A program made the position numbers and the translations under genes. Shown one piece after another: positions 23,556 to 37,715 of a stretch of DNA of 64,000 nt. This DNA is from Marsupella aquatica (taxonomy: Eukaryota > Plantae > Marchantiophyta), in assembly GCA_973895155.1 (NCBI GenBank), contig OZ316895.1:12035929-12099928 (forward strand). The letters run 5' to 3'. The stretch's first letter is position 1, and every line of letters begins with the position of its first letter. The notes beneath the pieces are model-generated. The model was not told where the DNA came from and made no database searches. It was given only the letters and a program-made list of their open reading frames with translations.

Positions 23556-24297
23556 AGATGAAATTAGTATTGATTCATGTCCCCTAGGTAAAGAGTTTCC
23601 TTGTCTTGAAAGTAGGCTCCCTCTTGAGAAGCCACAGAGTGCAATTTCTACATCAAGAATCTGACCCACTTGACGAAGTGCCACAACTCGACGTACAGGA
23701 AATTTCAAGATCTTGTGCTTTGGAGACACAGTCAGATGACCATACTTCAGAGCTTTCCGAGCAATGTCCTGAGATGACGGCGCCCTGAATATGACCATAG
23801 AATCACATTATGGACTTCACAAGAAAGACTGGAAAGTCGGAAAAATGAAGGTACGTAACCAGACTGAGCTTCAACCGCATGAACTCAATGATGCAGCTGT
23901 AGCACAAGGATCCACGCCGTTCAGAGGAAGATGATCCTTGAAGTGAACTTCAACCTGCTGAATACTCACGAGAAAAAGTGAGGGACGCATCCCTGTTGGT
24001 AGAGTTTTCTCGTTAGGCAACTTTTCTTCTGTGAGATTGAACCTGGAATATTTTGGTGCTTGCGCACATCGTCTGAACTCACAATTCTACATATCGAGGT
24101 GCAACCAGTGGCCGCTTCGATCTCGATAGGTTGCTCAAAACCAACATCCGGATAATATGCTAGAAAAAACAAATATAATCACAGTCATCTAATCAAACTA
24201 CTATCAATTACACAATCTATTGAATATTCTAAAGAGACCTAGGAGATTCCAAATGAGACTCCGCGAAATTCTAAAAGTTCTCCGCGAAAACGCTCCT

Positions 24298-27200
24298 TCA
24301 TTTCTTCGTTTTTGCATAAAGCTCGTCGATATGAGGCTGTCAAAACAGACGTAGGAAACTCCAGACAGTTAATGGTATATCGAAAGTCCAAAACAAGCCA
24401 AACAGATGAAGGAAACCCTGGCTTAAATTTACTCCAATCTGATACCTACCACGAGATTCCATTATTTTTATTACTCACATGATGCTCCAGTGTTCTTGGG
24501 TATCACCACCACATCAAAAGTGCATCTTGATTCCCTTGTCCTTAGAACCTTAGAGCTATCGATGATTAATTCAACAATCTTGGTAGCTCGTATAATGTAC
24601 GCTTTCCTTCCCGGATATGATCCTGCGCTGGATTATTACCTATTTTGTGGGTAAAACTATGGCGATAGGATTATACCTGGTAATACTTCAGAAGCTGCGG
24701 TCGTTTTTTCTTGTAGGTAGGCGTCAATAGATCTCTGTCCAGGTCGAACGGTTCAGCTTCCAAATATACACCTTTTATGACTTCAAAACCCTTGAGCTGC
24801 ACATCCCAGAATTCAACAGTATCAACATGAGAGAGAACAGAAAACAGGTTCTGTGATCAGATCCGAGATCGCCCACTCCAGAGTAATACCAGAGGCTAGA
24901 AGTTGGAAACTATCCACACCAATTGAGAGTGTCAAAGTTTTTATAAGACCATCAATATCAAACATGCTAATCAGCCAATTAGTCAAGTTCGGCAGATGAT
25001 CATCAAGTGCCTTGTAAGTGAAACAAGTAAACCTTACCTTACTACCCTTGGCAGTAGCCGATAATTCCTTGAGTACAAATTCCTTGCATTTTGGATTTTT
25101 CACGAGTTCTGAGAAAGTTCCTTCCACTCCATTACTCTGCGCCCAATTTTGGAGAACACTAGTCTTGGGGACTACTACGGCCACCAATGATGACTCAAAA
25201 CTGTTTCCATACACCCAAATCTGCTCGAAATTGCAACCAAAACCACTGCATTAGTCGAGAAACTAGTAGCTAGAGCTTTTGAGACAACTTCGATAACTAT
25301 ACTAGAGAGAATGTCACTCTTTCCCAACTGTCCACTTCATTCTGAGGACCAAAAGCCTTTCTCATCGTAGTAGAGAAGTGCTCTCACTTCGCTCTGAGAT
25401 TGCGCTTATTGAATAATAAACCAATGATATATGTATGACACGATGATAGAGAACCACGACCTTTGAGCACCTGTCTGTGGCTTAATGTACCCAAGCTCTT
25501 CTCTAAAGCAAAGTAACGAAGAAAAATAACTCACCATTTCCACTACATTACACAAGCCGTAGACATTTTCCAAATTCTCGACTGCAACGTATTCTCCTTG
25601 AGAAAGCTTTAAAATATTCTTCTTCCGGTCAATAATTTTAAGTCCACCACTTTCTTGCCATTCACCAATGTCACCTGCAAGTTTAAAACAACTATGAAGG
25701 TTGAAACTCCGGTCTTGCATATCACCATCCAAACCAATGACTTTCATGCTACAACAACAGGTACATATGTATTGGACACTAGTTTCCACAAATCTCCAAT
25801 ATAATTGGACGCATCCACAAGTCTGGCATTTGGTATTGGGACGTCCTTTTCGTAATAAATATGATGTTCAAACTGCTTGGAGCGTCAACCTGAGACGACA
25901 CTGCCAGAACAATGAGGATGACACACCTGTGTGAAACCAACCATCAACAAGAGCTTCTTTTGTGAGATCATCACGCTTATAGTACCCAGCAAACACTGTT
26001 TTAGCACGAAGGCAGACTTCGCCCCTTTGTGGAGTTCCAAGAGCATCATAATTCATTTCTGGCACAGATTCAAGCCGTGCTTCAACATTGGGCAATGGGG
26101 GGCCAACAGTTCCGTTTTGTGCTATCTCGTCTGGGATTGAAAGAAAGCTTCCCGCACATGTCTCCGTCAACCCTGAACGCACATCATCCCAAATAACAGT
26201 CATATATCTGCAGGTCTAATGCAGATCATCTGTGAGGGACATGGCAATTATCAGAATGAGGGTCCAGGCAACGAGAATAATGCGAAAGTAGAGTTCTTTT
26301 GGTGGGACTGAAAGCGTGCCAAGATAATTGCAAAATCCTACAAACTTGAAAAAGCACGTAGTAGTCATACTGTAGTCCTTCAAAATATAGTATGGTACTG
26401 GTCTCTTACTTCCGTTTCAGTTCTAAATATAATATCGCTGAGATGATATAACCGACAACCATCAACATAGATAAGCTTGACCTAGATGATGAACCTGATT
26501 AGACTAGTTTTCCAGAAAAGGTCCCATCTGTTAATAGCAAGCCATGGATTGCATCTCATTGTCAGAAGAGACTGGAATGATACCATAGCCCTGAAGCACC
26601 GGGGCACACATGGTTACCCGCAAGAACTCCTCCACATGGTTAGCTAGAGGTGCTGCACCAGATACGATGAGCCGAACGCGACCTCCCAGACCTGCTTTGA
26701 CCTGCAGCACATCACTTCATTTTAGACAGCAGTTTTGCCATGAACTAGCAATGAATCACAGAGGGGACTTTGCAAGTCATTGACTTTATTGCCTTGCGTT
26801 CAATACCCATTGAATAGTCATCAGCCTGTAAAACTGGTGAAATTCACTGAACCACGCAACCCTGCAGTCGAAAGACATGGACGTGACAGAGGAATACATG
26901 GGAGGATCTCAAAATGTGGCACTCTCTGCGGATCACACCACCAAAAATAGCATAGGGCTCCAACTTATTTTTCGATAGTAGTTGGAAGGATTCACTTTCA
27001 CAGAGTCGGATGCAGACCTTGTTAAAAATGAGATAGTCAAATAGGGGGGATGCTTTGTCTTGCTTAGCGCCCGCCTTGATAGCCTTCAACTTACTGCAAA
27101 ATCCAAAACCAAGATCACGAAACTATTGAGATCGAAGAACTATTATTGCAACCCGCAAACCTATTTTACAAACCGTGGAAGGAGACATCGGAAAACTATC

Positions 27201-30200
27201 TGTTCCTGAGCAATGCCCATGTCATGAGCAAAGAGCCCTAATCTGTCTTTTGGACTTTATATCAAAACAATACGTGCCACAATATAGATTATCAAATTAT
27301 ACAGAATCAAAAGGCATCCTCTAGATAACAATTTTCGATGAGTTCTGACGCTCACGTCTTGTATCCAAAGTCGAACAACATTTTCTTCAATCCACCTGCC
27401 TCGGCAATTTTTGAATTCAATCCTGCAAAAGAAGCCATTAACATATCTCAGTATTCAGGCTAATGTTGAGATTAAATTGTAACTAGAATGGGATATCAAC
27501 ATTACATTCGCGGGGAAGGATTTCAGTGCAGAACCGAAAAAAGGTGATTTTCATTTACGCAGAAGCCGCAATAATATCAATGATTCGTCGTGCAGAGCGA
27601 AGAACACTTTCAACAGAGATTAGGTCGCACAAAGCCACACTTGAAAGAAAAAATCTACCAGTCAAAATGATTTTCAGTGAAAAGAGAGCTCCTGGGAAGC
27701 ACCCAAACTTTGCTGATAGATTACTTTCTACGAATATGGTTATCACTGCGAGACTTCCACCAGCAGTAATACCGAGTAGAACAGATATGAAAATCAAATA
27801 ACCTGTGTAGAGACGATCAAAGACACGAGGAACCCCTGTGAAAAAGGTTGGCTTCAATGCAGCCAAGTCCTCCGTCAGCAGCTTAATGTCCTGCAAAAGA
27901 AAACCATGTTCATTCCTGCGTGATGATAGTACGCATCTCAAACTTTTGTTACGTTACTCTATTCTTAGGTAAGCTCCAAACTTTCGCAATAGTCCCTCGA
28001 CATCAGCAAAGGTCCAGAATTTGTATACTTACCCCACGCCAAAACCCAATTGATGCGCCAGAATACACAAAATATTCTTCAAAGGCCCTATCCATGATAT
28101 GTGCCAACGGCAGGTATGAGAAGTAGCTGTCAGTTGGAAGAATCTGCAATCACAAAAAGAGGGTTATTCGTTGCAAACAATTTGCAACCAGGGTGAACTA
28201 GCACAGATCCAATCAAGGTTTCTGTGCCCCTCAACTAAACATCATTCGCTCACGCAGGTTCTGCAAAGATCAGGAGACGTGACTTGCAAGTGTGTTAAGT
28301 ACCTTTTCATTAAGCTTGCTGAGCAACACGTCCACGGCCGCATTTTGGTCAACAATGCCTTCATGCTTGATCAGGACACCCTTCGGTTCCCCAGTTGTAC
28401 CACTTGTATACATAATTGTGCATATATCGCTGCCTTTGGGAGGAACAATATCGTAAGGGTTTTTCTTTCCCTACACAGTCAAGCACTGCACAAACTAAGT
28501 AAAATATTCACCAAAAGGTGTCCAAATGCGTACTTCAAGATAGATATACGCGACCAGTTGTCATCCACAGACGTAGGAGTGATCCAAAGATGTTCATCTC
28601 CAAAAATATTTACCAACTTGAATGGCCCTGATGCAAATATATCGTGCAACTGTTCTAGAAAGCGAGTCCGATATTTAAATACAAATTCAACCTACTGGAT
28701 CCATCTACTATAGAGGGACTGGAAAGACTGACGGAAACAAAGTAGTAGGGCTCACCAGTTCTAGAAAATCGTCCCACGAATAGACAGCAATCTCTAGACT
28801 CTCAACCGAGGATTTCTGCTCACTCGCCACAGGACCAAAGCTCACCAAGGCTGCAAGTCAGGTCATGAGTGAGCAGAAATCTATTAAGGACCTGCTTTTG
28901 ACTTAAAGCAGATGCTAGTATGGCCAGGGGATGCAACCAAAAACAATAACCTATGAGCAATCGAAATGCAATATTCACACGCACACAGAACACAATCCAC
29001 TTCGCTGGCACAAAATCATACGTTAAACATTGAGAGTATTAGCTGAATTACTAGTGCGGGAAAATACGTACTTTTTACATGGGCAGTAACATTTGGCAGA
29101 GAATTAATCATCTGCGAGCACAAAAAAATGCTCCAACAATATCAGGAATTTCCATCATGGGTGGAAGAATTTCGCAATTCGTAACTCTGCACGTGTTATC
29201 AGTGCAACCTCACATGATACAAGGACGACAATACCATCTTTGGAAGTTATGATGGATGCCCACGAGTGACCCAAAACCACGATCAATGTCTGAGCATATG
29301 GAAACTCGAAACTCAAATTGGGTTTCATCAGGGTAATTATCAAATGCTACACTTTGCTACAAGACCTGCAAGACAGCTTTTCTTTGAACTCCTAAGCTGG
29401 GAGCGTCATACCTTACATACATATTGCTCATCGTATTCTACAGTGGTTAAAATTAGATCAGCGAGGTCAACTTACCAAGGGGAGCTTGTCTCCATGTACA
29501 AAGACAATTGCAACTTCCGAATGTCCAATAATGAATTCAACTGCTTCCGATCCTGACACAATTACAAGAATGTCTCAGTTCAGCCAGAGCAATAGAGCAC
29601 ACTCCAATGACAATTGAACCATTCAGTTACAAGTAATTAGCCGACCTTCACTCGCTGTGTCCGAATCTCCTCCACAATTTGGCATGCTTGAGAAAAAGAG
29701 ATAAACAATATTCTTTTTAGATCGTAATTGTCAACCTGAATTAATGATAACACCAACAAGCTCCAACTCAACACTACTTACCGAGAGTATCATAGAGGGG
29801 AACACACTCGATGCTTTGTGAACTGCAAGCCTGGAAGCCCACCAAAAACCAGGAAGTAAGTCTGTTGGGTGTTTGTCCGAAACTATCTCCAAGGTATAGC
29901 ATAAGTGAGCAAAGTAAACATCATTTAAGTCATCCCTTGTAGTCATCCGTTGTACTAGGATTCACAACCTCACACAGGACACAACATATAAATCGACATT
30001 ACCTCCATCGTCGTGAACCACTCTGGGGTATTAGGTCCATAAATTCCACATCGTGAACGCTGCACCACATCAATTAAAAATTCTTAAGTACATTACACAT
30101 TATGAATGCAAATGCACAAAATGGAAAAAACATATCTTGAGCTCCATCCAGCCTTCCGCCGATCCTTTATTCCATACCTTCCTCGTGGTCTTGAAGCTTT

Positions 30201-31998
30201 TCAAAAATCTGGACCGGGAAAGAGCTCCTCAATTCCGATCACATCAGACAACAGGAGCCCTTTTTTCTTGACATCCAGACAATGATTCGCAACTATGTTT
30301 CACTTTTCTAGGACAACACCGGGTACTATGAATCCAAATTACACCTTGATGCCCTCGTTACGAAAACACCGATGGGGCCCGGACCCTAGCCCATAGGTAG
30401 TGCAGAATAGAGCTACACGCACTTACAGGATTTCTTAATATAATTATCAACATCCGGAATAGCAATGGATTACTTTCCTTTCAACTTGTAATATATGTTT
30501 TTAAAGGTCACTAAAAAAACTGAGAATACGTGCAAAAGCCACATTAGCTTTCTTGACCTATAAAAGAGATGGCAGCACTTACTGAGGAAAGTCCCACGTG
30601 GCGCATAGCTGAACCAATATTGACGGCCTTCTCATAAACTTGCTCGTACGTATCCCATACATAGTCACCAGCCTAAAACATAATATCAATGCGTGTAATC
30701 AAAATTTACACATTTTTTCTCTGAAACTCGGGACTTTTGGTCGTGAACATGAGCCATGGGCCCGAGTTCGCCATCTTCGTGCAATTCTACAAGAAACCAA
30801 GACTGACTTCATCCTTAGCATCAATGAATGGACTACAACTTCTGGGGACAGAATAAACTTCCGAACATACCTTGCCATCGACCACCGAACGTCTTCCCAG
30901 CATGTTGTTTTTGGGATTTCTTTTCACGGACTCGCTGCAGCAACCATTATTCCAGATGAGGAGCGGACGTTTCAATTTTAGCAAGCATCATTCCAGATGA
31001 TGAGAGAACGTTTCAATTTTAGAATTATTTCAATTAAAATTATTTCTGCAGTCCGAGCGGACCCGAAAGAGATACCGTCGGGACAGAGTAGCTGAAGAGA
31101 TCAGTCGATGTCCGGCCATTGACATTACTATGTAGGGAGATAAGGGCGTCTAAATACCCCACCTCCGTTTTCCACAGATGAAACTTGAGAATTCATGGGC
31201 GGCTCATACATTCTTGCGGTTCGGATACAACCGCGCATGGGCCCTTTAAATTCCCCCCAACGTTCTCTTCCAGCGTTCGTAATACCAAACGATCTTTGCC
31301 AGGCTGTTACGTCCAGGATGAGCGTACTGAATCATCCCCACGCTGTCGGTCACGTGACAGACCTTGAGCCTTTCAGAGAGTTCCAGGGGTTGTTCCAGAC
31401 CAATGGATCGCTGTCAAACGCTCTAAGGTAATGGGGGCTCAGCAATCTTTAATTTCCAAATGCTTGGTACAGGGCTGAGTTTATATAATTCAAAGACACT
31501 GGTGGGAAGATAGAAAGGCAAGTTATTCAGGAAACTCGGAGGATCTTTGACCCGGTTGCAGATAACATACTTTACTAATGATTCCAGCAGAAATTTGCAG
31601 TGGATTCGAACCTCAGGCAGTACAAATTGCAAATGTAAAACCGCACCGAGCGAAAGCAAGAAGAAAGTCCTTTAACATCAGCTTGTTCTGTCACTTGAAG
31701 TTGGGAGGATGCACTACAAGAGGAGGGACGTTCGTTCCAGATTCCCTCAGCTTGCACAGCAGCCATTCCAACCTTACAGTACATTAGACTGGTCCGAGCT
31801 GACGTGAGGTCTTCAGGGAATCCAGAGAAACGTGCATTATCCATACCTGAACATATCCCAGCAGGTTTCGATTCCTTGAAGAGGCGGAACTCCATCCTTG
31901 GCGAATATATTCTTGTACACAGGTCCGACGGACAGAGCGCCATCCTTCCCTGGCACTCCCTCCTCGGCTTGGTAGGTGTAACACTTCGTTGCGACCAT
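24298..31998 (-). CDS. LACS: Long-chain acyl-CoA synthetase (LACS4/5-like), 19 exons, 659 aa
   Basis: Exons 31998-31847, 30934-30871, 30672-30583, 30059-30003, 29830-29782, 29552-29476, 29111-29072, 28850-28756, 28470-28303, 28143-28033, 27890-27803, 27422-27356, 27093-27018, 26701-26584, 26172-25927, 25674-25535, 25220-25038, 24796-24677, 24336-24298; all GT-AG, total 1980 nt. Motifs [14 protein letters not shown] (AMP binding), [57 protein letters not shown]. Confidence 0.95.
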
Positions 31999-33183
31999 CT
32001 TGGGATCCAACAATCGTCCACGTGCTTCTTCGTCGTGGGTCTCCCCTCCGCCAAGACAAGCTGGGCACCACTTCGCCAGATTTGCAAGCGTTTAATCTTA
32101 CGCAAGATTTCCAATTCACCTCCCACTTCCCTCCTCTCCTTCTCGAGAACTATGGTACTGTGCACAAGCCACAACTTCAGCAAGCAACTATGGTTTGTAC
32201 ATCTAAGCAGATTACGAATGAACCGAACTTAACCCGCAAGAACCGACATTCACAAGCACTCTCGAGACCTCGATGGCGGGCTCAATCGTATACCAATGCT
32301 TTCGATCGATCCACGCGTGCGAGCGAGACTAACGACTTGTTCTGACCTTTTGCGTTTCCGACCTTCCCTCCTACGTTTCTTGCGTCCAGTCCTGGACCAC
32401 CACCACACGTCCAGAGTGATGCAATTTGGACCTGCTCCGAATACGCTCGATCATACCTCACTCAGTTACCCTCCGGGCTTCCGGGATATCGTGGTAGTCT
32501 ACAGTTCCGCGGTAAATTCCGCCAGGTTCCTACGAACGGTCGTCCTCGATTGTCTTGCGCAGAGATGGCCAACAATGACCAGCACTGAATTGTGTGATTA
32601 TAGTAATCCTCTGCGTCAATTGACCTGACCACGATGGCGACCAGTAACCACAAATGTATACTCTATCTATGGCGACTCCTCGCCACATTACCAAAACGGA
32701 AGACTAGGACGAGTCCCTACAGTCTAGGCCTATGATCTTTGCAAGGGCAGAGGGGGGGGGGACCCGCGACTGAAACCACAGAACCAACGGGCCGCCATCT
32801 CAAATTATTGAATCTAGGCTAGACAAGCTTTTTGACTCACCTACGCAATGTAGGGAATGCGGGGCCGCACTTTTTCACCAAAAAGAATTCCACCTCGGCA
32901 CCTCGCTGTCGATGAATTTGCGGATCCGTCGGGTTCGCCCTCGTCTTTTCTTGTCGGAAATCACGTTTACTGTCTACACGAAACTGACAGGCTACAACGT
33001 TCTTCTTCCTCTAATCCTCTTCTTGCCCTCTCTCGCTCAGCGCTGCTGCCGCTGCTGCTGCTGCTGCTCCCATTTATGGTGGCGGGGGTCGGGCGCAAGC
33101 CGCGCGCTATCTATGGCAGTGCTTCCTCGCATGCCTTGCTGCAATTCTGCACCAACATCAGCCTCTCCGCTCAATCGCACCTT

Positions 33184-33191
33184 TATTTATA
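33184..33191 (-). promoter_or_regulatory. Putative TATA box of LACS
   Basis: TATAAATA on the minus strand ~1.2 kb upstream of the ATG; a strong donor AG|GTGAGT at 32840 suggests an intron in the 5' UTR. Confidence 0.5.
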
Positions 33192-33879
33192 GAACTTCGA
33201 TCGATCGACTATGGCACTCCCTCTCATTCCAAATTCCTCAGATTACAATCGATTACAGCACCTCGTCGCTTCTTTACAGTAGACTGTTATTCCACGAAAC
33301 CCGACAATGTAGTATCAATCTTTTCTTTCTAGTCTTTCTCGCTCCTCAAGGGCGTCGAGAGCCGAGCTCGGAGCTCTGCTTCATCGCCATCTCCACCTGA
33401 TGAGATCCGATCCAGTCAATCGATGTCTCGATGAGCCACAGTGCAGTCGTGGTGTCCCGTACCTGTACCAGACGACAAGGGTACTGCACATGAGGAGGAG
33501 AATGAACTGTAATGAGGGATTGAAGGGAAAGTGGGAAACCGTGGACGCCAATTAGCGATGCTGTACCGTAATCAAGAGGGACAGCACGTAATTAAGCAGG
33601 CTGCATGCTCGGATTACGGAAACGTACAAAGGCCCGTATTTATCGTACCGTACCCCACCGATAACTGCAGTCGGAGAAAAGTACTTACAGTCGAATGAAC
33701 CGTGTATAAGTGCGCATCGATAAGTGCCGTGTGGATTGGTATAGGCGAACCATATCTTCTCCTAACTTTAAAAAAAACAAAATCTTTGTAAGTGCACCAA
33801 GACGAGCAGTTTCTTTAAGTGCAAGTCAACTCTCACTAAAAAAATAAAATATTGGCACTAAAGTCAATAGTCCATCACT

Positions 33880-34186
33880 ACATTGATTCATTTACTTCTA
33901 TAATATGCAAAGCCGCCAAAAAAACTTTTGGGTGTCCTTACAAATTCAGAAATGGAGGGAACAAACCTGAGGACATTGATTCATTTACTTCTATAATATG
34001 CAAAGCTGCCAAAAAACTTTTTGGTGTCCTTACAAATTCAGAAATGGAGGGAACAAACCTGAGGGGTCAAATTGTTTTGTGCTCTTGGATTGATTGACCA
34101 AGTATATGTGCTTAAAAATTCAGAAATGGAGGGAACAAACCTGAGCCCTCAGATTTTCTTGTGCTCTTGAATTGATTGACCAAGTA
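33880..34186 (+). repeat. ~93-bp tandem repeat x2 plus partial units
   Basis: ACATTGATTCATTTACTTCTATAATATGCAAAGC...CAGAAATGGAGGGAACAAACCTGAG twice, a third AAATTCAGAAATGGAGGGAACAAACCTGAG at ~34116, and GTGCTCTTG(G/A)ATTGATTGACCAAGTAT twice. Confidence 0.85.
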
Positions 34187-34773
34187 TGTCAAATGTTATG
34201 CTCATTTTAATAGTAAAATACAAAGTATATGAGATGATACTTATCTGACATGTATATGAGATGATACTTTGTGACATCATCTTAAATGTTTCATTTTTTT
34301 CAAGTATGAGAGTACACACCAATGGAAGGAGAATCTTTTGGGGCTTGAGAAACTTTTGAATGGAGAGCCTATGAGACTCTATAAGGAAGGGAAATGGGTT
34401 AATTTTCTCCTTTTCTTCTTCTTTATATTTAGTTGTACATTTTTTCTGTTTATTTAAAGGTGTCAATGTAAGAAAAAAAGGGGAGTAATAGAGTGGCATA
34501 GGAGTGAAGAAATAGGAAAAGGGGGGAGTAACAACAATTAAAAATATTCCCTTCCCAATAGTATCAAAGCACCCCGGGTCATCATCTCTCTTGCACCCTC
34601 CCACATCCTTGCTCTCCCCAACAATATAGTTTTCACAACAAAACAACATCTTCCAAAATAAAATAAAATTGCAAAACCAAAGTCAATTGTTTTTACATGT
34701 TTTGATTATATTTTTTGTTTTGAGGTCTAGTGTAAGTTTCTAGACTAAAGACTCATCATGTGGATGGGAAATT

Positions 34774-36650
34774 CATCTTACTTATAAGACGTCAACTATA
34801 AGCTAGAGTTGGGGGCTAGGTTTCTAGAGTGAAGCCTCTAGACCGTAACTTCATGGCCCACCATGTGAATGGGAAAACTTATGACTATGATGTATGTCAA
34901 ATGATAATTATCAATAGCCTTGACTACCCATTCTTTGAAAGTGAATAAAGGGGAGTGCAATAAAAATATCACCAAAATATACACCTTAGTCACATTCTTT
35001 GAATGATTAAAAAATTCATCATGGATGTTATCATCTTAATAATCATTCATATCATACCAAACTCTTTTTTATGCCCATTTCTATTTCTATGCACATATGT
35101 TATAGTGGGGGCATAGAACCCATTTTTTAATGCAAACTAGCCCCCACTACCCGTTCTTTGAACATGAATAGTGGGGAGTACAATAAAAATGTCACCAAAA
35201 TATATTCCTGATTCACATTCTTTGAAGGTTAATGAAATGATAACAAAATAAGCATGGAGGTGATTATTTTAATAATCATATATAACATACCATACTCTTT
35301 TCTATGCACATATGTTATGGTGGCCATGAAGCCCATTTTTAATGTAAAATAGAAATCATGATAAAAAGCATATATACTTATCATTTGACATACATCATGG
35401 TCATGATTTTCCCATCCACATGATGAGCAAGTTACTGTCTAGAGTCTTCACTCTAGAAGCCTAGGCCCAACTCTAGTTGGTAGTTGGTGCTTTAGAATAA
35501 AACTGCTATATGGTGAATCCATCTTCCAATATTTTGTCTTATTCAAACTTCTTTTCTTGTGTATTTTAATTCAATGTGTCTTACCAAGGTGCATCCCTTG
35601 TATACTTTAGATTTTGAATTTAATCTGGCACCCCTCCAAATTTTTCAATTCCTTGCTATACTTTTGATCATCCACCCTTTAACAAAGCATGGAAGTTCTA
35701 GTCCTTATTCTGATGAGTGAAGAAAAAATTATCTAATTAAAGTGCACTTCTCATGTCTTTAAGTTCTACTCATGGTTTTGTGTCCTAAATTTATGATTTT
35801 AATTCATTTGAGTGTCATTACCTAAGATAAGTACATAAGTATCTTTACTAGTGTGCAGAACCCAATACCATAGACTAAAATTTTTCCCTCATTATTCTCT
35901 TCTTTACATCATGTGTACTTTTACTCTTGTACCTTATGTGCACAACTTTTCAATGTTAGGCTTCCTAATCAATGTACTATTTATATTTGTCACAAAAAAT
36001 TAGATCACCTGTATTTCATTAAAAAAACTTAAACTTTTTGCTAGAGGACAAAATAACTTTTCATGTTCCAGGATGAATATGCTATATAAATAAAATAGAA
36101 ATTATGACAAAAACCATGCATGATTATCATTTAACATGCATCATAGTCATACCTTTTCCTTTTCACATACACATGATGAACTTTGGAGTTATGGTCTAGA
36201 GGCTAGAAGCCAAGGCTACAACTCTAGCTTATAGTTGTCCCTTTATAAGTAAGATGCATGCTTTATGTTATGATTTCTGTTTACATTTAAAAAATGTACT
36301 CAATGGGCCCACCATAACATATGTGCATAGAAAGATGAACGTATATAGAGAGGAGAATGATATGTTGTGTATGTTTATTAAACTGATGACATGTAATTTT
36401 TATCATTTCATTAACATTCAATGTGTGTGAATAGTAAATATACTTTGATGACACTTTTATTGTCCTATCCCCTATTCATGTTCATAGAAAAGAGTACGAC
36501 ATGTTATGTATGATTATTAAAATGATGACACACACAAAGGTTTCTTTGTCATTTCATTAACCTTCAAAAAATGTGAGAAATATATTTTAGTGACATTTTT
36601 ACTGTCCTCCCTGCTATTCACATTCAAGAATGGGTAGTGGGGCTAATGCA
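34774..36650. mobile_element. Cluster of long-TIR foldback elements (family B, non-autonomous)
   Basis: Left arm ~34774-34910 (CAACTATAAGCTAGAGTTGGGGGCTAGGTTTCTAGAGTGAAG...GTCAAATGATAA) pairs with right arms at ~35375-35486 and ~36120-36256. Internal subrepeat CTACCC(A/G)TTCTTTGAA..GGGGAGT(G/A)CAATAAAAAT(A/G)TCACCAAAATATA at ~34925 and ~35148, and inverted at ~36430-36640. Confidence 0.7.
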
Positions 36651-37321
36651 GCAAATCATCACATGAAGCAGTTTCATTATCCTGCTCAAATGTGCAATAT
36701 GATAGATTGGGGTATAAGAAATACAATGATGATGTGTGACTAGAAAACAGAAGGGAGAAATGCAAAAGTGATTTTCCATGCATTTATCAGATATCACAAT
36801 CATGTACACATGGATAAATGTATAAATGATGCCCCGTGCACTTATAGTATGGTGCATTCTGTGGATAAATGCTGGTTGGTGGTGTCTTCCCAGGAGCCTG
36901 CACTTAGGATTCCAATATAATTCTGACTAGTACTTCAACTAGACAGGTGGTTTTGTTTGTTTCACACAAAAAGGTGGTTGATAATGGTGAGGGTTTTAGA
37001 TGATAATGCTCAGTACTGAAGAACCTTTCAATATGTCCTCTACAGTAGTTGTCTCTTGGTAGAAAGAGTGAAGTTCAGCTTCCAGGTTTGTCTTCAAGTG
37101 TGAGGAAAGGAAAAAGTTATACAGTACAGTAAGAGTGAAAAAATTCTCACCAATTCGAGTGAAAATTTTGAGTAAGATTTAACCTTGATGACATCCAATG
37201 TTATTGGACCTAGGTGGAATTTTTCTAGGCCCTCCCACTCACTTCCAAGAATTACATCTTGAGCTTTGGGTTGCCCCATATGGTGAACTGAGGAGATGAT
37301 ACTAACACTCTAAAACTCTCA

Positions 37322-37715
37322 GAATTCCAGTTGCCTCAAAACGTCAGTTAAGTACCCACACTACAAACAATATCCTAGTTATCACATTCCCAGAATCCCA
37401 GTTGCCTTCTCGTTGACTAGAAGAATCTAAGGTTGAGGGCAGAGAAATGTCAGTTGCCTCAAAATCTCAGTTACCTAGGTACCTACACTAAAAACAAAAT
37501 TTTAGTTAGCACATTCCCAGTACTACTTGTAGCTACCAGAATCTAAGGTTGAGGGCAGGAAACGCAAGGCCACCCACATGCAAGACGGCTCTAAAGTTAC
37601 AAAATGTCCCCTACCTTAGATTTTGCTAGCTATAAGAAGAACTGGGAATGTGCTAACAAAGATTTTAGTGTGGGTACCTAAGTAACTGAGATTTTGAGGC
37701 AACTGGGATTTTGAG
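37322..37715. mobile_element. Foldback/MITE with a duplicated left arm
   Basis: CAGTTGCCTCAAAA...CACATTCCCAG...AGAATCTAAGGTTGAGGGCAG occurs twice in direct orientation (~37328-37442, ~37451-37558), then once inverted (~37607-37705). Confidence 0.7.

Noticed and set aside
31575-32232. ORFs of 202 aa (-) and 142 aa (+)
   Set aside because: They overlap LACS exon 1 in another frame or strand; the LACS frame has clear homology and these do not.
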